A stretch of DNA of 63,988 nucleotides, filler included, from Aduncisulcus paluster (Eukaryota), in the NCBI GenBank assembly GCA_024181965.1. It is 5 parts of 5 records of this genome, joined end to end, with 100 filler letters (N's around TTAATTAATTAA, not from the genome) between each part and the next. Parts side by side here need not be neighbours in the genome. Positions count along the whole stretch, not along the records: positions 15,909 to 31,614 come from BQXS01009973.1; positions 31,715 to 49,135 come from BQXS01009975.1; 3 more parts are not named here. One strand, 5' to 3'. Positions 22,176 through 33,523 of the stretch are shown here, piece by piece. A program made the position numbers and the translations under genes. The notes beneath the pieces were generated by a model. It made no database searches. It saw only the letters and a list, made by a program, of their open reading frames with translations, and was not told where the DNA came from. Position 1 is the stretch's first letter. Each line of letters begins with the position of its first letter.

Positions 22176-22685
22176 CTTAAGCAGTGGTCAAGAAAAGATT
22201 TACACGATTCGACTCCAGTCCAATTTAGTCCAATTGTATTTGGAGGTTGTAATTCCAAAATAATCGCCTACAAAAAAAGAATAAAACATGATATTAGAAT
22301 TAATTTTTATCCAAGAATCTTCATTTTTGCTTGTGTTAAAAAATAATCTATTTTTGGGATAAGGGCTTTAACAGAAGAAATCATTTCCATCAAAGCATTG
22401 AATTGATATATTTTTTCATATTGAATGGATTTACAATAGAAAACTGAGAATTACTTGGCGTATGCATGTCGAACACTCAAAAACAAGGAAATTGAACTGT
22501 TACAGGCAAAAAAATCGGATTATTTTATTTAAGTTATGTTTCCTCCATATGAATGTTCAGAATGAAGGATGTTTCTCTTCCCATTCCAACTATGACGAAA
22601 AACACTATCCACAGTTCAGAAAATGATAAATTCCACTCCTGTCTAATGTATTCAAATATTAAGATTAAACAACAATAATGAATGA

Positions 22686-23087
22686 TCACTCTTTGTCTTT
22701 CATCTTCCACTGTTGCATACATAAAGGACATTTGGGTTTAGATTTCACCCATTGATCAATACAATGGAAATGGAAAGCGTGACCACATTCACCCCAAGCA
22801 AGAGGACAACGGCTTGCAGAACCGGCCTTTCCTTGGCATTCAATGCAAGGTTCCATACAACTGTGTTGACAAATGGCACATGTCGAAACATCAATATCAT
22901 ATTCCCATGTAGCAACAGCATGCCAGGCCTTTATCTACAAGAAACAGAATAAAACAACAAAATATCAAAAAATTGACGAGATAAATAAAAAAACAAAAAG
23001 AGGTGATAAATAAGCTTAAAAAAAGATCAAAACGAAGGGGAAAAGTAATGTACATACCTCAAATGTAGGTTTATCTTCTTTGGACAT
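22686..23087 (-). CDS. RBX1: RING-box protein (RBX1/ROC1-like, 92 aa); exons 23087-23058 and 22934-22686, intron 23057-22935 (123 nt)
   Basis: Manual splice gives MSKEDKPTFE|IKAWHAVATWEYDIDVSTCAICQHSCMEPCIECQGKAGSASRCPLAWGECGHAFHFHCIDQWVKSKPKCPLCMQQWKMKDKE*. The intron is GTATGT...TTGTAG. Not in the ORF track. Confidence 0.88.
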
Positions 23088-23778
23088 CAGAGCTGATGGA
23101 TGTATTGTTCAAAAACCAACACGATGGAAGGGCCAACAGAAGAACCAGCCGAAGAAGCAAAAATGATTCAAACAAATTGGAGATACAAGGAATGAAAAGG
23201 AAAAATTAGGCTTAATTATATGGTAAAAATTAATTATTGGACCCATTTTACAATTTATTCTACGTATTTTCTCCGGAGCCAAACGTCAAATCGTGTTCTT
23301 GTCACTCAGCAGATTTGTACAACAATAATGAATCAAATATTTTAATTAAAATATGAAAACGGTCATAATATGTCTTTAAATCAGTATCATTTGATTACGC
23401 CAAGAGATAGTGTAAATGTTCGTGTTTTGAGAGCATTTCAACGTTAATGATGGGATATTCGGAATTTATTTATCGCAAAAAGGACAATTATTGTTTTTTT
23501 AAATTTGTTTGAACTCTACTCTGACCAAATAATTCTCCCCATTTTTTGGGTTTGGATTGCAGTTTTTTTGTATTCAAACATCACCAAAATTTTTCCAGTT
23601 TTGAGCATTCATTTCCTTTTTTGAGCTTTAATTTTTGCTTTTTGATTCATTTTCTGACAAAATAATATTCTCAAAAACAATTTCTTCTCCTAAATCAAGC
23701 TCTTTTGGTCAAATATTTGATAATTAGTTATTTCCAGTTTTTTTAGGAATCATTATTTGATAAAACAATTCAAAACAG

Positions 23779-26700
23779 ATGTTTAAGCAGCTTCCTTCTG
23801 TAATCCAATTTCAATCTCGTTCTTCAATTGGAAATTCCTCAATTTCTTCCCCATCATCTGCAATTTCTCCTTCAAATCCCGAAGTGATGGATTATTTTGA
23901 TGGGTTACATTCCTATAATTCTGATTCTATGTCTCCAAGACATCAGCCAATGCACCACCGCCACTCTTCCTCCATATCTGGTCCAATATCGGATTCTTAC
24001 TCCTTTTCTCTCTCCGATGCAGCCTTTCGAGCACAACATCTCCTGGATATTCATCGATTCAACATGTTGTCACAGATAGGCTCCGGATCTTACGGGACTG
24101 TGTTCAAGTCCTTCGATACTGTCATGAAAAATTATGTTGCAATTAAAAGATTAATGGTGACATGTGAAGCAGAAGCCAATACTATTGCCAAAGAAATTAC
24201 TTTTTTGATGGCATTCAATCATCCCAATATTATAAAATGCTTTGGTCTGGCATCAAATCCAACGATTCATGAAATGTATATTATTACAGAATATGCCGAT
24301 GCAGGTGCTGTTAGCGATGTGATGTTTTCTTTAGAGCGTCCATTTAGTGAGGAAGAGGCATTATCTGTGGTTAAATGTGTCCTAGAAGCCCTAGTTTTCT
24401 GTCACAAACAAAAAGTCCTGCATCGAGATATCAAAGGATCAAACGTTCTTCTCACAATGGATGGAATGGTTAAACTAGTGGACTTTGGTATTGCCACAGC
24501 TGTCGAGCACACTCTTGGGAAACAGTTTAGTCTTTGCGGCACCCCTCTTTGGATGGCTCCTGAGGTTGTGAAAGGTGATGGATCCGGAACAGCCGCAGAT
24601 ATTTGGAGTGTTGGAATTCTTTTGATTGAACTTTTGGAAAAAGTTCCTCCCTTTTCTGATATCCATCCCTCACGTGTTCTGATGACTATTGCACGAATGT
24701 CGACTCCACCCACTCTCTCAGATCCATCTAAATTTACTCCCGAGTTACTTGATCTCCTCCACCGAATTCTACAAATAGATCCCGATGAGAGAAACACTGC
24801 CCAACAGCTTCTTCAGCATTCCGTATTCAAGAAAGTTACTGGCCAAGAACAATCAATTCTTGCAGCCATGATTGAACAAGCCAAGAAGAATATCGATGGA
24901 GATAGTCATTCTGCGTCATACTCCGAATATTCCTCTTCTTCTTCATCATGTCACGAAGAAGTTGATGTTGGCCATCTTAAGGATTTTCCTCCTCAAAGTC
25001 AACCAAAACAGCCATCATGTTCTGCAAGATCAGATCAGTCACATGACAGGGATAGGGAAGAACCCAAGGACAGATCATCTCCTATTCACGATGGAAACTA
25101 TCAAGATATCAGTTCTTCCAGTTCATCGCAATCCACATGCATTGTCCATGCCTTCCATAACTCCTCCTTAGGAATCACAAATCAACATGATACGACCATC
25201 AAACCTGTTGTATCGTCTCATGCTGACATTGTTAAAGATGATATTGTGGAAGATGACATTGTTGAAGTTGATAACCATTACACAGTGGAACAGATATCTC
25301 TGATTTCTTCAAGGAAGGAAGAACAAGAATCCGAGGATGAAACCACAGAAGAGAAGGATAATCCACGACCCACTTCCATGCCAACCTTGCGTCCTTCGCA
25401 TTCGTGTGATCATTTGTCCGTTTCATATGACGATGAACTCGATCGAGATGTTTCCTTCCTGAACAATGTCTCTTCATATGATCTCGGAAGAGGTTCCATC
25501 CCAACCCATCATTCACCAAGATCATGTGATATTGATGGCAATCCTCAAAATTCTACAAATACAATACCCCCTTCCCCATCCATCTCCCCTACTTCTCGTG
25601 TTCGAGCAATCTCCATCACCGAACCATCCAGCAGTGGCACAAATGATATTGATGAAGCACTGATGCTGACAGTATGTTCCCACATGCAGAACAAGATGAA
25701 AACAATCGATCCAACGGATTCTTCTGAAGAGGAAGAGAGAGAAGAACGGGATATTCATGGAGATTTGGGTAGTTTTGATGGTGATAGCAATTGTTTACTA
25801 AAGAAAGGCATGGAAACACTTGGATTGGAAGGTAAAAAACGGCAGGATTCTCTTGTTGAGGATGATCCTTATCCAAAGGATCAATATCAAAGGAATCTAG
25901 ATTCCATTAGATCCGATTTATTGATGAAAACAAGAAGTTTGACTCAGATTCCCAGGCTAGAACCCATTGGTGGTTCTGAACCAATAGGAGTAGAATCTGT
26001 TGGTGTCTTTACTCCTGAAGAATCCAATGGAACAAGTGAGCACCTGTCACGAAAGGATTCAAATCACCAAATGTGTTTCGCAGATGAATCTGGTGATTTT
26101 GTTCATTGTATCGATGAGGAAGATGATTCTGAGCTTGTCGATTGCCAATGCTCAAATCCTCATTCCCCGTCAGATCATTCCCCTAACCAAGGTGAAGATG
26201 TTGGAGATACATTGGAGATTGACCCTGGTATAGCCCAAACTGTCTTATTATCGGACGATGAGCGTGAAAGAGTTGATGGTGAATCATCTTTTTGTCGCGA
26301 TGAAGCTACAAAGAGTGCTTGTGAAATCATTGATCAAATCCATACAAACCAAGAGCCCATCCAGCTTGAATTGAAAGAAAGATCGAGACAGATGGCCGCT
26401 CAAATCCACTCTTCGTATTCTTCATCGCCTGCTTTCTTTCAACGACATGACAGTGTTGAAAGTTATTTTGCCTCCCGCACTCCACAACCGAACAAGAATC
26501 GTTCAGATATTCTTGCGTCTCACCATCGTAGAACTTGTATTAAAACCTCAGTAACATCCCCTTGCCACGAGAATCCATTTTCCTCTCAATCTTCGCTACA
26601 TTCCTCATATCCCTCCTGTCGTGAGTCCTCGAGTTCCTCAAATTCACCAGTCATGCAGATAACAAAAGAACAAGGAAGAGAAGAAGAAGAAGACGGAAAA

Positions 26701-27732
26701 GGAATGACCGTTCAGGATAATAATCCTTTGAGTCCCAACCAACCAAATTCACAGCATTCTTCAGGATATAAGACAGGAGTTCCCATTGAAATGTGTGTTA
26801 ATCTTGGTGACATTTCCTCGGGAACTGATACTGGCCGAATAGCTGGCTTGGAATCTTCTTCAGAAAAGTTATTTAGAATTAATCCAGAAGATGGCATTGA
26901 AAAAACCCTTCACATTGTTGAAGATAGTTCTTCCAAACCTTGTAATTCCACCGACCTTATCTTACAACAGTTACAGAAGCTTGGAAAGTTTATGGTTATC
27001 CGGAGCAAAGAAATGATGTCCATCCATGAAGACCAATCGAATCCTTCAAGAAAGTATCTTGCTGATGTGTTTGATGGAAATGATCCTTCCACAACTGTTT
27101 CCACCCGTACATCCATGAACTCTCACTCAGGTCTCAAGACAAGTATTTCTTCAGTCCCATCCCAACTTTCTTCTATTCATCAAGTTCACACCAAGTTCCG
27201 CAGTTTCAATCCTCCCCGAGAAAAATCCCATTCCATGCGTGGCGATGAAGTGTATTCTTCAGTTCGTTCAAAAGATAATATGGGGGAATTCGAACATTCC
27301 TCAAAAACTCTTCCTTCAAGACCACCTTCATCCATTCCATCTTCATCTCTTATCCACAAAGTGGAGGAATCAACGGTTTCCCCCATTCATCGTCACATTG
27401 AAATACGAGAAGAGGAGGAAGATGTTGGAAGTATTGGAAATATCTCTGACTCATCAAGTACTGCAAGGTCTTGTGCAATTATATCTGGATTTCGCACAAA
27501 ACCGCCGAAAAAATCTCTTCAGCATCCTCAAAAACAAACCGTAAACCAATCCTCCAAATCCGTTATTGGAATCACCCATGAAAAGGGTGATGAAGAAGAT
27601 CGTGTTCAAGTTCTCTCCCTTCTCCCACCAACTTCCTTGACGTCCCATATTAAAGAGTTAGAAAAACAGATTTTAATCCTTGAGAAGGAAAGAAAAATAT
27701 ATCAACGTGCCTTATTTGCTAAATTTGAATAA
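23779..27732 (+). CDS. STE20-family Ser/Thr kinase with a long disordered tail and C-terminal coiled coil
   Basis: IGSGSYGTV, VAIK, HRDIKGSN, KLVDFG and GTPLWMAPEV (STE20 signature GTP.WMAPE). Confidence 0.92.
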   Translation: MFKQLPSVIQFQSRSSIGNSSISSPSSAISPSNPEVMDYFDGLHSYNSDSMSPRHQPMHHRHSSSISGPISDSYSFSLSDAAFRAQHLLDIHRFNMLSQIGSGSYGTVFKSFDTVMKNYVAIKRLMVTCEAEANTIAKEITFLMAFNHPNIIKCFGLASNPTIHEMYIITEYADAGAVSDVMFSLERPFSEEEALSVVKCVLEALVFCHKQKVLHRDIKGSNVLLTMDGMVKLVDFGIATAVEHTLGKQFSLCGTPLWMAPEVVKGDGSGTAADIWSVGILLIELLEKVPPFSDIHPSRVLMTIARMSTPPTLSDPSKFTPELLDLLHRILQIDPDERNTAQQLLQHSVFKKVTGQEQSILAAMIEQAKKNIDGDSHSASYSEYSSSSSSCHEEVDVGHLKDFPPQSQPKQPSCSARSDQSHDRDREEPKDRSSPIHDGNYQDISSSSSSQSTCIVHAFHNSSLGITNQHDTTIKPVVSSHADIVKDDIVEDDIVEVDNHYTVEQISLISSRKEEQESEDETTEEKDNPRPTSMPTLRPSHSCDHLSVSYDDELDRDVSFLNNVSSYDLGRGSIPTHHSPRSCDIDGNPQNSTNTIPPSPSISPTSRVRAISITEPSSSGTNDIDEALMLTVCSHMQNKMKTIDPTDSSEEEEREERDIHGDLGSFDGDSNCLLKKGMETLGLEGKKRQDSLVEDDPYPKDQYQRNLDSIRSDLLMKTRSLTQIPRLEPIGGSEPIGVESVGVFTPEESNGTSEHLSRKDSNHQMCFADESGDFVHCIDEEDDSELVDCQCSNPHSPSDHSPNQGEDVGDTLEIDPGIAQTVLLSDDERERVDGESSFCRDEATKSACEIIDQIHTNQEPIQLELKERSRQMAAQIHSSYSSSPAFFQRHDSVESYFASRTPQPNKNRSDILASHHRRTCIKTSVTSPCHENPFSSQSSLHSSYPSCRESSSSSNSPVMQITKEQGREEEEDGKGMTVQDNNPLSPNQPNSQHSSGYKTGVPIEMCVNLGDISSGTDTGRIAGLESSSEKLFRINPEDGIEKTLHIVEDSSSKPCNSTDLILQQLQKLGKFMVIRSKEMMSIHEDQSNPSRKYLADVFDGNDPSTTVSTRTSMNSHSGLKTSISSVPSQLSSIHQVHTKFRSFNPPREKSHSMRGDEVYSSVRSKDNMGEFEHSSKTLPSRPPSSIPSSSLIHKVEESTVSPIHRHIEIREEEEDVGSIGNISDSSSTARSCAIISGFRTKPPKKSLQHPQKQTVNQSSKSVIGITHEKGDEEDRVQVLSLLPPTSLTSHIKELEKQILILEKERKIYQRALFAKFE

Positions 27733-27822
27733 CCAAATGACAACCATTGTTCAATCATATTTACCATTCTGAGCGATATCCTTGACATTTCTGCAAATGT
27801 CGAGGTGTAACACAAGTTCCAT

Positions 27823-28071
27823 CGGGCCAGTGATGCAGCCCTCCAGAGGTGTGTCTATGAACGGTATAAGAAGGGTACGGTGATTACGATTGCTCATCGA
27901 CTCGATACAGTCATGGGATACGATAAAATCCTTGTAATGGATGCAGGAAGAGTTGGAGAATATGGAAGTCCTGCTGAATTACTAGCTCAAGATGGGCTTC
28001 TCTCAGCCCTTGTGAAGGAAACAGGAGAAGAAAATGAGCAAAAACTTAGAGAAATGGCCGGGTTGAAGTGA
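27823..28071 (+). pseudogene. Orphan 3' fragment of an ABCC/MRP-type ABC transporter
   Basis: SDAALQRCVYERYKKGTVITIAHRLDTVMGYDKILVMDAGRVGEYGSPAELL matches the NBD2 C-terminus. There is an in-frame stop just upstream and only ~90 bp separate it from the kinase stop. Confidence 0.8.
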
Positions 28072-28504
28072 TGATAGGAATCAAATTTCTGTGAAGGAAT
28101 ATAAATCCCTTTCATTTAATTTCAAGCCTGTTGACTCACTGCCATTGATGAGCACAGTCTGAAGACCAAGGAGAGCACTCTGAAGACCTTGAGAGAAATG
28201 GGCAGAAAGTAACATGTTTCGCGTCTTTTTATTCCAATAGAAGCTTGAGAGAAAGGATGTGGGGATGTGAATGAGTACATCTCTTGTGGGGATTTTCAAG
28301 ATTTGGTCTTGATTTTGAAAGAAATAAGCATTGTTGTGTTTCTGAAACCATTATTTAAATATCAGATTTCACGATTTTCGATGAACATTTCCTGTAGTTA
28401 GTAAATTCAAAGGATACTTGAGTTTTGATGTTCTTGTGTTCTTGTTGTTGTCTGAAAGAACACCGCGCTTTGTTGATGGTCTGGAATGTGGACTCACTGA
28501 GGCC

Positions 28505-28740
28505 TCAGTAACTCAGATAGGGGTGAGGTTGGTTTATTCATCTTGAATCGTGAAGATTCTTGACACAATTCAAGGTGGTTGGCTAATAATTTTCGGCACA
28601 ACTTGCCGTGATCAGATCACTTATCTAATCCATTTCCCTTCCTTCTTCCTCTTCTTTCTCTTCCTCTTCTTTCTCTTCTTTCTCTTCTTTCTCTTCTCCT
28701 TCATTTCTTCGAAAGGTTTCTTTATATCATGTTGTGGTTA
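28505..28740 (-). pseudogene. Diverged duplicate of the 3' end and flank of the EGF membrane-protein gene (29816-31614)
   Basis: Encodes ...HDIKKPFEEMKEKRK...QVVPKIISQPP* versus ...HDTKKPFKEMKEKRR...QVVPKIISQLP*; upstream parts of the gene are absent. Confidence 0.75.
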
Positions 28741-29215
28741 TTATCTCAAACGATTATAAAATCCACATTCTCTGATCTCATTCTCGGACTCTGATGATTC
28801 AAAAGAGAAAAACAAAAGATAAATAACCGAAATTATAGATCTAAGTCTTCAATCAAAAAATATCTACAAAGATGATTGATAGACCTTCTATACATGAGGA
28901 GCCCTGAATATCAATAATGAGCTTTCAAAATACAGAATTTTGATCTCAGTCAAAATGATCCATTTCTGACGTATACACTTTAATACTATAACGGATCGTT
29001 TTCCTCTTCTTTTTCTTCTTCTTTTTCTGTATTATCTTAGAAGGAGAAGGACAAGAAGGGTTTATCTCAACACCACGGATTGGGTCTGTCGATATCTCGG
29101 AGATAGGAACGGTAGCAATTTATTGGAAAGTAAACAGAAGGAGACCAGGTCTATAAATAGAACACTGAGAAAACCTACAGAATCAGTAACTCAGATTGGG
29201 GTGAGGTTGGTTTAT

Positions 29216-29332
29216 TGTGGTTTAGCTAGGCCCTAGCTAGGGTATAAAACACGGTCGGATGCAAATCCTTTATTACATGTTATAATATTACAAAAACGGG
29301 CATTTTGGAAGTGGTCTGAAGACTCCGTTACA
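29216..29332 (-). mobile_element. 117-bp solo-LTR-like insertion, copy 1
   Basis: Minus strand reads TGTAACGG...AATAAA...AAACCACA. It is absent from the paralogous site at ~28527-28545 (GGTTTATTCATC) and is flanked by a TAT(T) direct repeat. Confidence 0.6.
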
Positions 29333-29663
29333 TATTCATCTTGAATCGTGAAGATTCTTGACACAATTCAAGGTAGTTGGCTAATAATCTTCGGGACAAC
29401 TTGCCGTGATCTAATCCCTTTCCCTTTCTTCTTCCCTTTCCCTTCCTTTTCCTCTTCTTTTTCTTCTTCTTTTTCTGTATTATCTTAGAAGGAGAAGGAC
29501 AAGAAGGGTTTATCTCAACACCACGGATTGGGTCTGTCGATATCTCGGAGATAGGAACGGTAGCAATTTATTGGAAAGTAAACAGAAGGAGACCAGGTCT
29601 ATAAATAGAACACTGAGAAAACCTACAGAATCAGTAACTCAGATTGGGGTGAGGTTGGTTTAT

Positions 29664-29780
29664 TGTGGTTTAGCTAGGCCCTAGCTAGGGTATAAAACAC
29701 GGTCGGATGCAAATCCTTTATTACATGTTATAATATTACAAAAACGGGCATTTTGGAAGTGGTCTGAAGACTCCGTTACA
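29664..29780 (-). mobile_element. 117-bp solo-LTR-like insertion, copy 2 (carried in the 448-bp duplication)
   Basis: Identical to 29216-29332, with the same flanks. Confidence 0.6.
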
Positions 29781-29815
29781 TATTCATCTTGAATCGTGAA
29801 GATTCTTGACACAAT

Positions 29816-31614
29816 TCAAGGTAGTTGGCTAATAATCTTCGGGACAACTTGCCGTGATCTAATCCCTTTCCCTTTCTTCTTCCCTTTCCCTTCCTTCTTC
29901 CTCTTCCTCCTCTTCTCCTTCATTTCTTTGAAAGGTTTCTTTGTATCATGTTGTGGGTGCAGCTCATCCTCACCACAACCAGAAGAGTCATGAATACTCT
30001 CAGTTGACGATATTCCGGGAGGATCCTTATCCTTGACCTTGATCTTATCGTCTTTTGGCAGTGACTTTTTGGCCTTTGTTAATTTCTTCGATGATTTCTT
30101 CCCTGCTTTCTTCCCTGCTTTCTTCTTCGATTCCTTCTTTGATTTCTTTGAGTCTTGGAGTTCATAACAAGAAGAAGAGTTTATATCTGAACCATGGACA
30201 GGTTGAACCATTATTGGTATTAATGAAGGAAGACCTGAGCCCATTTCTTCTTCAGCATCATGGACTGCCTGTAATGGATGGATCTCATTAATAGACCCAT
30301 CATTCAATAATGTCTTCCTTGTCACGATTTCGATCGGCTTTCGATGATTCCATTTTGCTCCTGAATGACGGATCTTATCATCTCCATCCAATCGATTGCT
30401 GAGGACAAAATTCCCAGATGTTGATCGCTTCATGCGATTAAAGCTACAATACGAGCATATGACACATATAAGAATAATGAGAATAATGAACGATAGGGCA
30501 AAGATGATGATGACAAACAGTGACCAAAATGAGTCCTCTTCTGCACACGATTGTCCATGCCATCCTTCTTCACAAGAGCATTCATAGAACAATGGGAGTG
30601 AAGAAGAGGGCGAAGATACCACGATATTGCATGTGCCATGGGATGAACAAAGGGTATCGGATGATGATTGAGTCTCCACTCCACATACATCCACAGAACA
30701 CATTGACGATGAAGAAGTTGGATTATTTGCATCATTTATATCATTTGTAGCAACACTGCCATCATTACCCCATCCATACTCACACTGACACATGGCCGTG
30801 AGACTATCTTCTCCTTCACCAAGAACACATGTGCCATGACTATCCGTGGTTGTTCCACAGGTCAAGCAAGCAGTGTCATTTCCAGCAATGCCCTTGTATT
30901 TCGGGTGGGTTGCAGGATCAATGCATGTGGATGTGGATGCATCAGTGATGAGACCATAGGAGGAACAGTCACACCAATATGTGTCAGTGTTTGGTGTATA
31001 GATTGCATAGTCTGAATATGATGAAGATGGAATTGTGGTGTAATTGATTCCACATACATAATCAACGATAGTCGGGTTTGTTTCATCATCATCATTCACA
31101 TACTCAACAGTCTCAACAGGATATTGAGTGAAACATGTTGATCCATTCCATCCAGCATCACACTCACAATACAATGCCTCAGAAGAAGAGGAGGAAGAGA
31201 GATCAACAGAACATCGACCGTGCAGACCACATCTTGACAAACTATCACAATAGAGGTTGCATGAAGATCCATAATACCCAGACTCACACACACATGTATG
31301 GGTGGCAGCATCACATGTTCCACGAGATGATCCACTGCACAAACCAAGATCATCAGAAACAGGACAAATGGACGAGCATTCAGTCCCATACCATCCATCA
31401 GAACACTCACAGAATGGCAATGATTCATCACCAGAGTCAGAGTCAGAGTCAGAGTCAGCATCATACACACATGTACCACGCTCACCACCACAATTGGAGC
31501 ATGCAGAAGAAGAAGAAGAAGAAGAAACAACAGTAGCAGCTGAAACACATTCTCCAGATGAAGTGTCTTCATAGTATCCTGACCCACAGACACATACATA
31601 TTCACTTCCATCAT
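29816..31614 (-). CDS. Cys-rich EGF-like repeat type-I membrane protein, 5'-truncated by the contig start
   Basis: Repeated CxC..GWxG..C motifs, TM segment FWSLFVIIIFALSFIILIILICVIC and a basic cytoplasmic tail. The frame stays open upstream of the 31468 GTG to the contig edge (DGSEYVCVCGSGYYEDTSSGEC). Confidence 0.88.
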
Positions 31615-31714
31615 NNNNNNNNNNNNNNNNNNNNNNNNNNNNNNNNNNNNNNNNNNNNTTAATTAATTAANNNNNNNNNNNNNNNNNNNNNNNNNNNNNN
31701 NNNNNNNNNNNNNN
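31615..31714. other. Artificial contig linker
   Basis: N44-TTAATTAATTAA-N44. Confidence 0.98.
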
Positions 31715-32366
31715 TCTGTAAATCATCTCTCTGTACCAATCTTATATATACTGTTTAGTAGTGATAATCATCATGACGTGTATTTTGGTATTATCCGATA
31801 TATCTTGACAATATACTTGAAGAAAGTCTGCACTATGGGAGTTCTGGTCCATTGGATCAGTCCTGGCAGAGTTTGTTTCTTGGATGTAATCATTGATCAT
31901 ATTGGATGGTATGGGCACCATTGGGTTCAATCTGAAGAGTTATTTCATATCATTTTTGACTTTCCACTCCATCGTACCCTCACTACTGGATAGAACAAAT
32001 CGATGTTTCGAGCTAATCATTAACACATATAATACAACTTTAATAAATATCATATTTTTAAATTCAACTGATTATTGGGCAAGAATATACCATTTATTTC
32101 ATTTCAACCGACGTTGGTTTCAAACGGAAGTTCGAATCAGCATTTGCAGCGCCATCAATATCTCCAAACCATTTTTGAAGACAAATATAAAAGAATATGT
32201 TCAGATATTATCGAGATATTTGAATGATTTCAAAAGGATTGAGAGTCATCGAACCCCATGCAAAACATTTAGTACTTTCAGGGAGGCGAACCGGAATACA
32301 ATTAGTATTGGAGTTTTGTTACCCATTAAATCAATTCAACCAAGTAGATTAAACTAATATTGTAAT

Positions 32367-33380
32367 ATGCCCTTGGAAAATAGTGAAATAGATATTGATC
32401 TTTGTGGAGAGCTATCTTCAATGAAATTCTCTTATCTTGTATTTTTACCATTTTTATCGAACATGGATACAAAGGAATGCATTCATGATTTGTGGGCAAT
32501 TTATGATAGTGTTCGTCATTTCTCAGATCGTTGTCCTTTTGCTGAACTTATGAGCAAATGTGAAGGGGATAAATTTCTTCTTCCTCTTCTTAAAAATATA
32601 TGTGACACTTCGGATCAACCGACTCTCACGGGTTCAATTTGTAATCTCATGACTGCTTCCCTATTTTATAGTTATTTCAAGGAATCCAATGTTTTGACAC
32701 AATTACTAGTTCATGATGTTTCTCGGACTTTAAACATGTGTGCTGCTTCTTTTGCTATGCATTTTGCGGAGTCATTCCCTTCTATTTCCGAGAGTCTTGG
32801 ACTCTATCACCATTCCCTTGCTCGAAGTGGTACCAGTGGACGGGCTCTTGCTTCTTATTGTATAATTAGTTATTTCTCACAGCATCCCTTGGCTTGTCCG
32901 GTGTTTTCTATCGCAAAGATGATTGAGTTAGAAAGAATACGAAGGATTCAAGAGAAAGAAGAAGACGAGGAAGTTGGGGAAGATGTTATCGAAATTCATG
33001 ATATGACGGCACAGAAAAGGTCAGAAACCTTTAAAGAACTCTTATTCTCACATTTCTTCGCTCACCATTGCCCATACCCCGAGGATTATTCAGATATGTA
33101 TGAATGTCTGATGCATTCTTTGCCTATTTTGATGTTTATTCGCTTGGAATTGGATGATTTTAGGGTTGAATCATTAAAAAGGGGAATGGAAGAGAGTGAA
33201 ATTGATCAGAAAACTGACTATATGGAAGAATTGGAAGAAATTCACGATCAAGACTCCGAAAAAAGTGAAAAAAGATTTGTGTTTCTGGGGAAAAGAAGGA
33301 AATATGATGACCTTGTTTCAAAAGATACCTCAAAACCAATGGAAACAGCAGAACATGGGGCGGGAATTGGTGGTATTTGA
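32367..33380 (+). CDS. Hypothetical protein
   Basis: 337-aa ATG-initiated ORF with protein-like composition; the true start may be a downstream Met. Confidence 0.7.
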   Translation: MPLENSEIDIDLCGELSSMKFSYLVFLPFLSNMDTKECIHDLWAIYDSVRHFSDRCPFAELMSKCEGDKFLLPLLKNICDTSDQPTLTGSICNLMTASLFYSYFKESNVLTQLLVHDVSRTLNMCAASFAMHFAESFPSISESLGLYHHSLARSGTSGRALASYCIISYFSQHPLACPVFSIAKMIELERIRRIQEKEEDEEVGEDVIEIHDMTAQKRSETFKELLFSHFFAHHCPYPEDYSDMYECLMHSLPILMFIRLELDDFRVESLKRGMEESEIDQKTDYMEELEEIHDQDSEKSEKRFVFLGKRRKYDDLVSKDTSKPMETAEHGAGIGGI

Positions 33381-33448
33381 TTTGACTTTATTACTAATTT
33401 CAAAAGGAATTATATAATTATTATATAATTATTATATGAATCTGGCTA

Positions 33449-33523
33449 TACTGTACTGTACTATACTGTACTGTACTGTACTGTACTGTACTATACTATA
33501 CTATACTATACTATACTATACTG
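33449..33523. repeat. Pentanucleotide microsatellite (TACTG/TACTA)x15
   Basis: Directly visible between two convergent genes. Confidence 0.95.

Larger units (their letters stand above)
28999..29896. repeat. Tandem duplication with a 448-bp unit (28999-29446 / 29447-29894)
   Basis: Identical text at offset 448 with no N gap; the junction lies in a CT-rich tract. Confidence 0.92.

Noticed and set aside
20625-22346. 573-aa ORF antisense to the cysteine protease
   Set aside because: It is a shadow frame caused by strong codon bias in the protease gene; the V/G/S-rich translation has no motifs.
28790-28972. C/D-box-like words (TGATGA, CTGA)
   Set aside because: Spacing and terminal stems are unconvincing, and these words are common in this AT-rich, Asp-codon-rich DNA.
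31715-32357. Short ORFs on both strands at the contig start
   Set aside because: They have stops on the likely coding strand and no recognisable homology; possibly decayed coding DNA, but unsupported.
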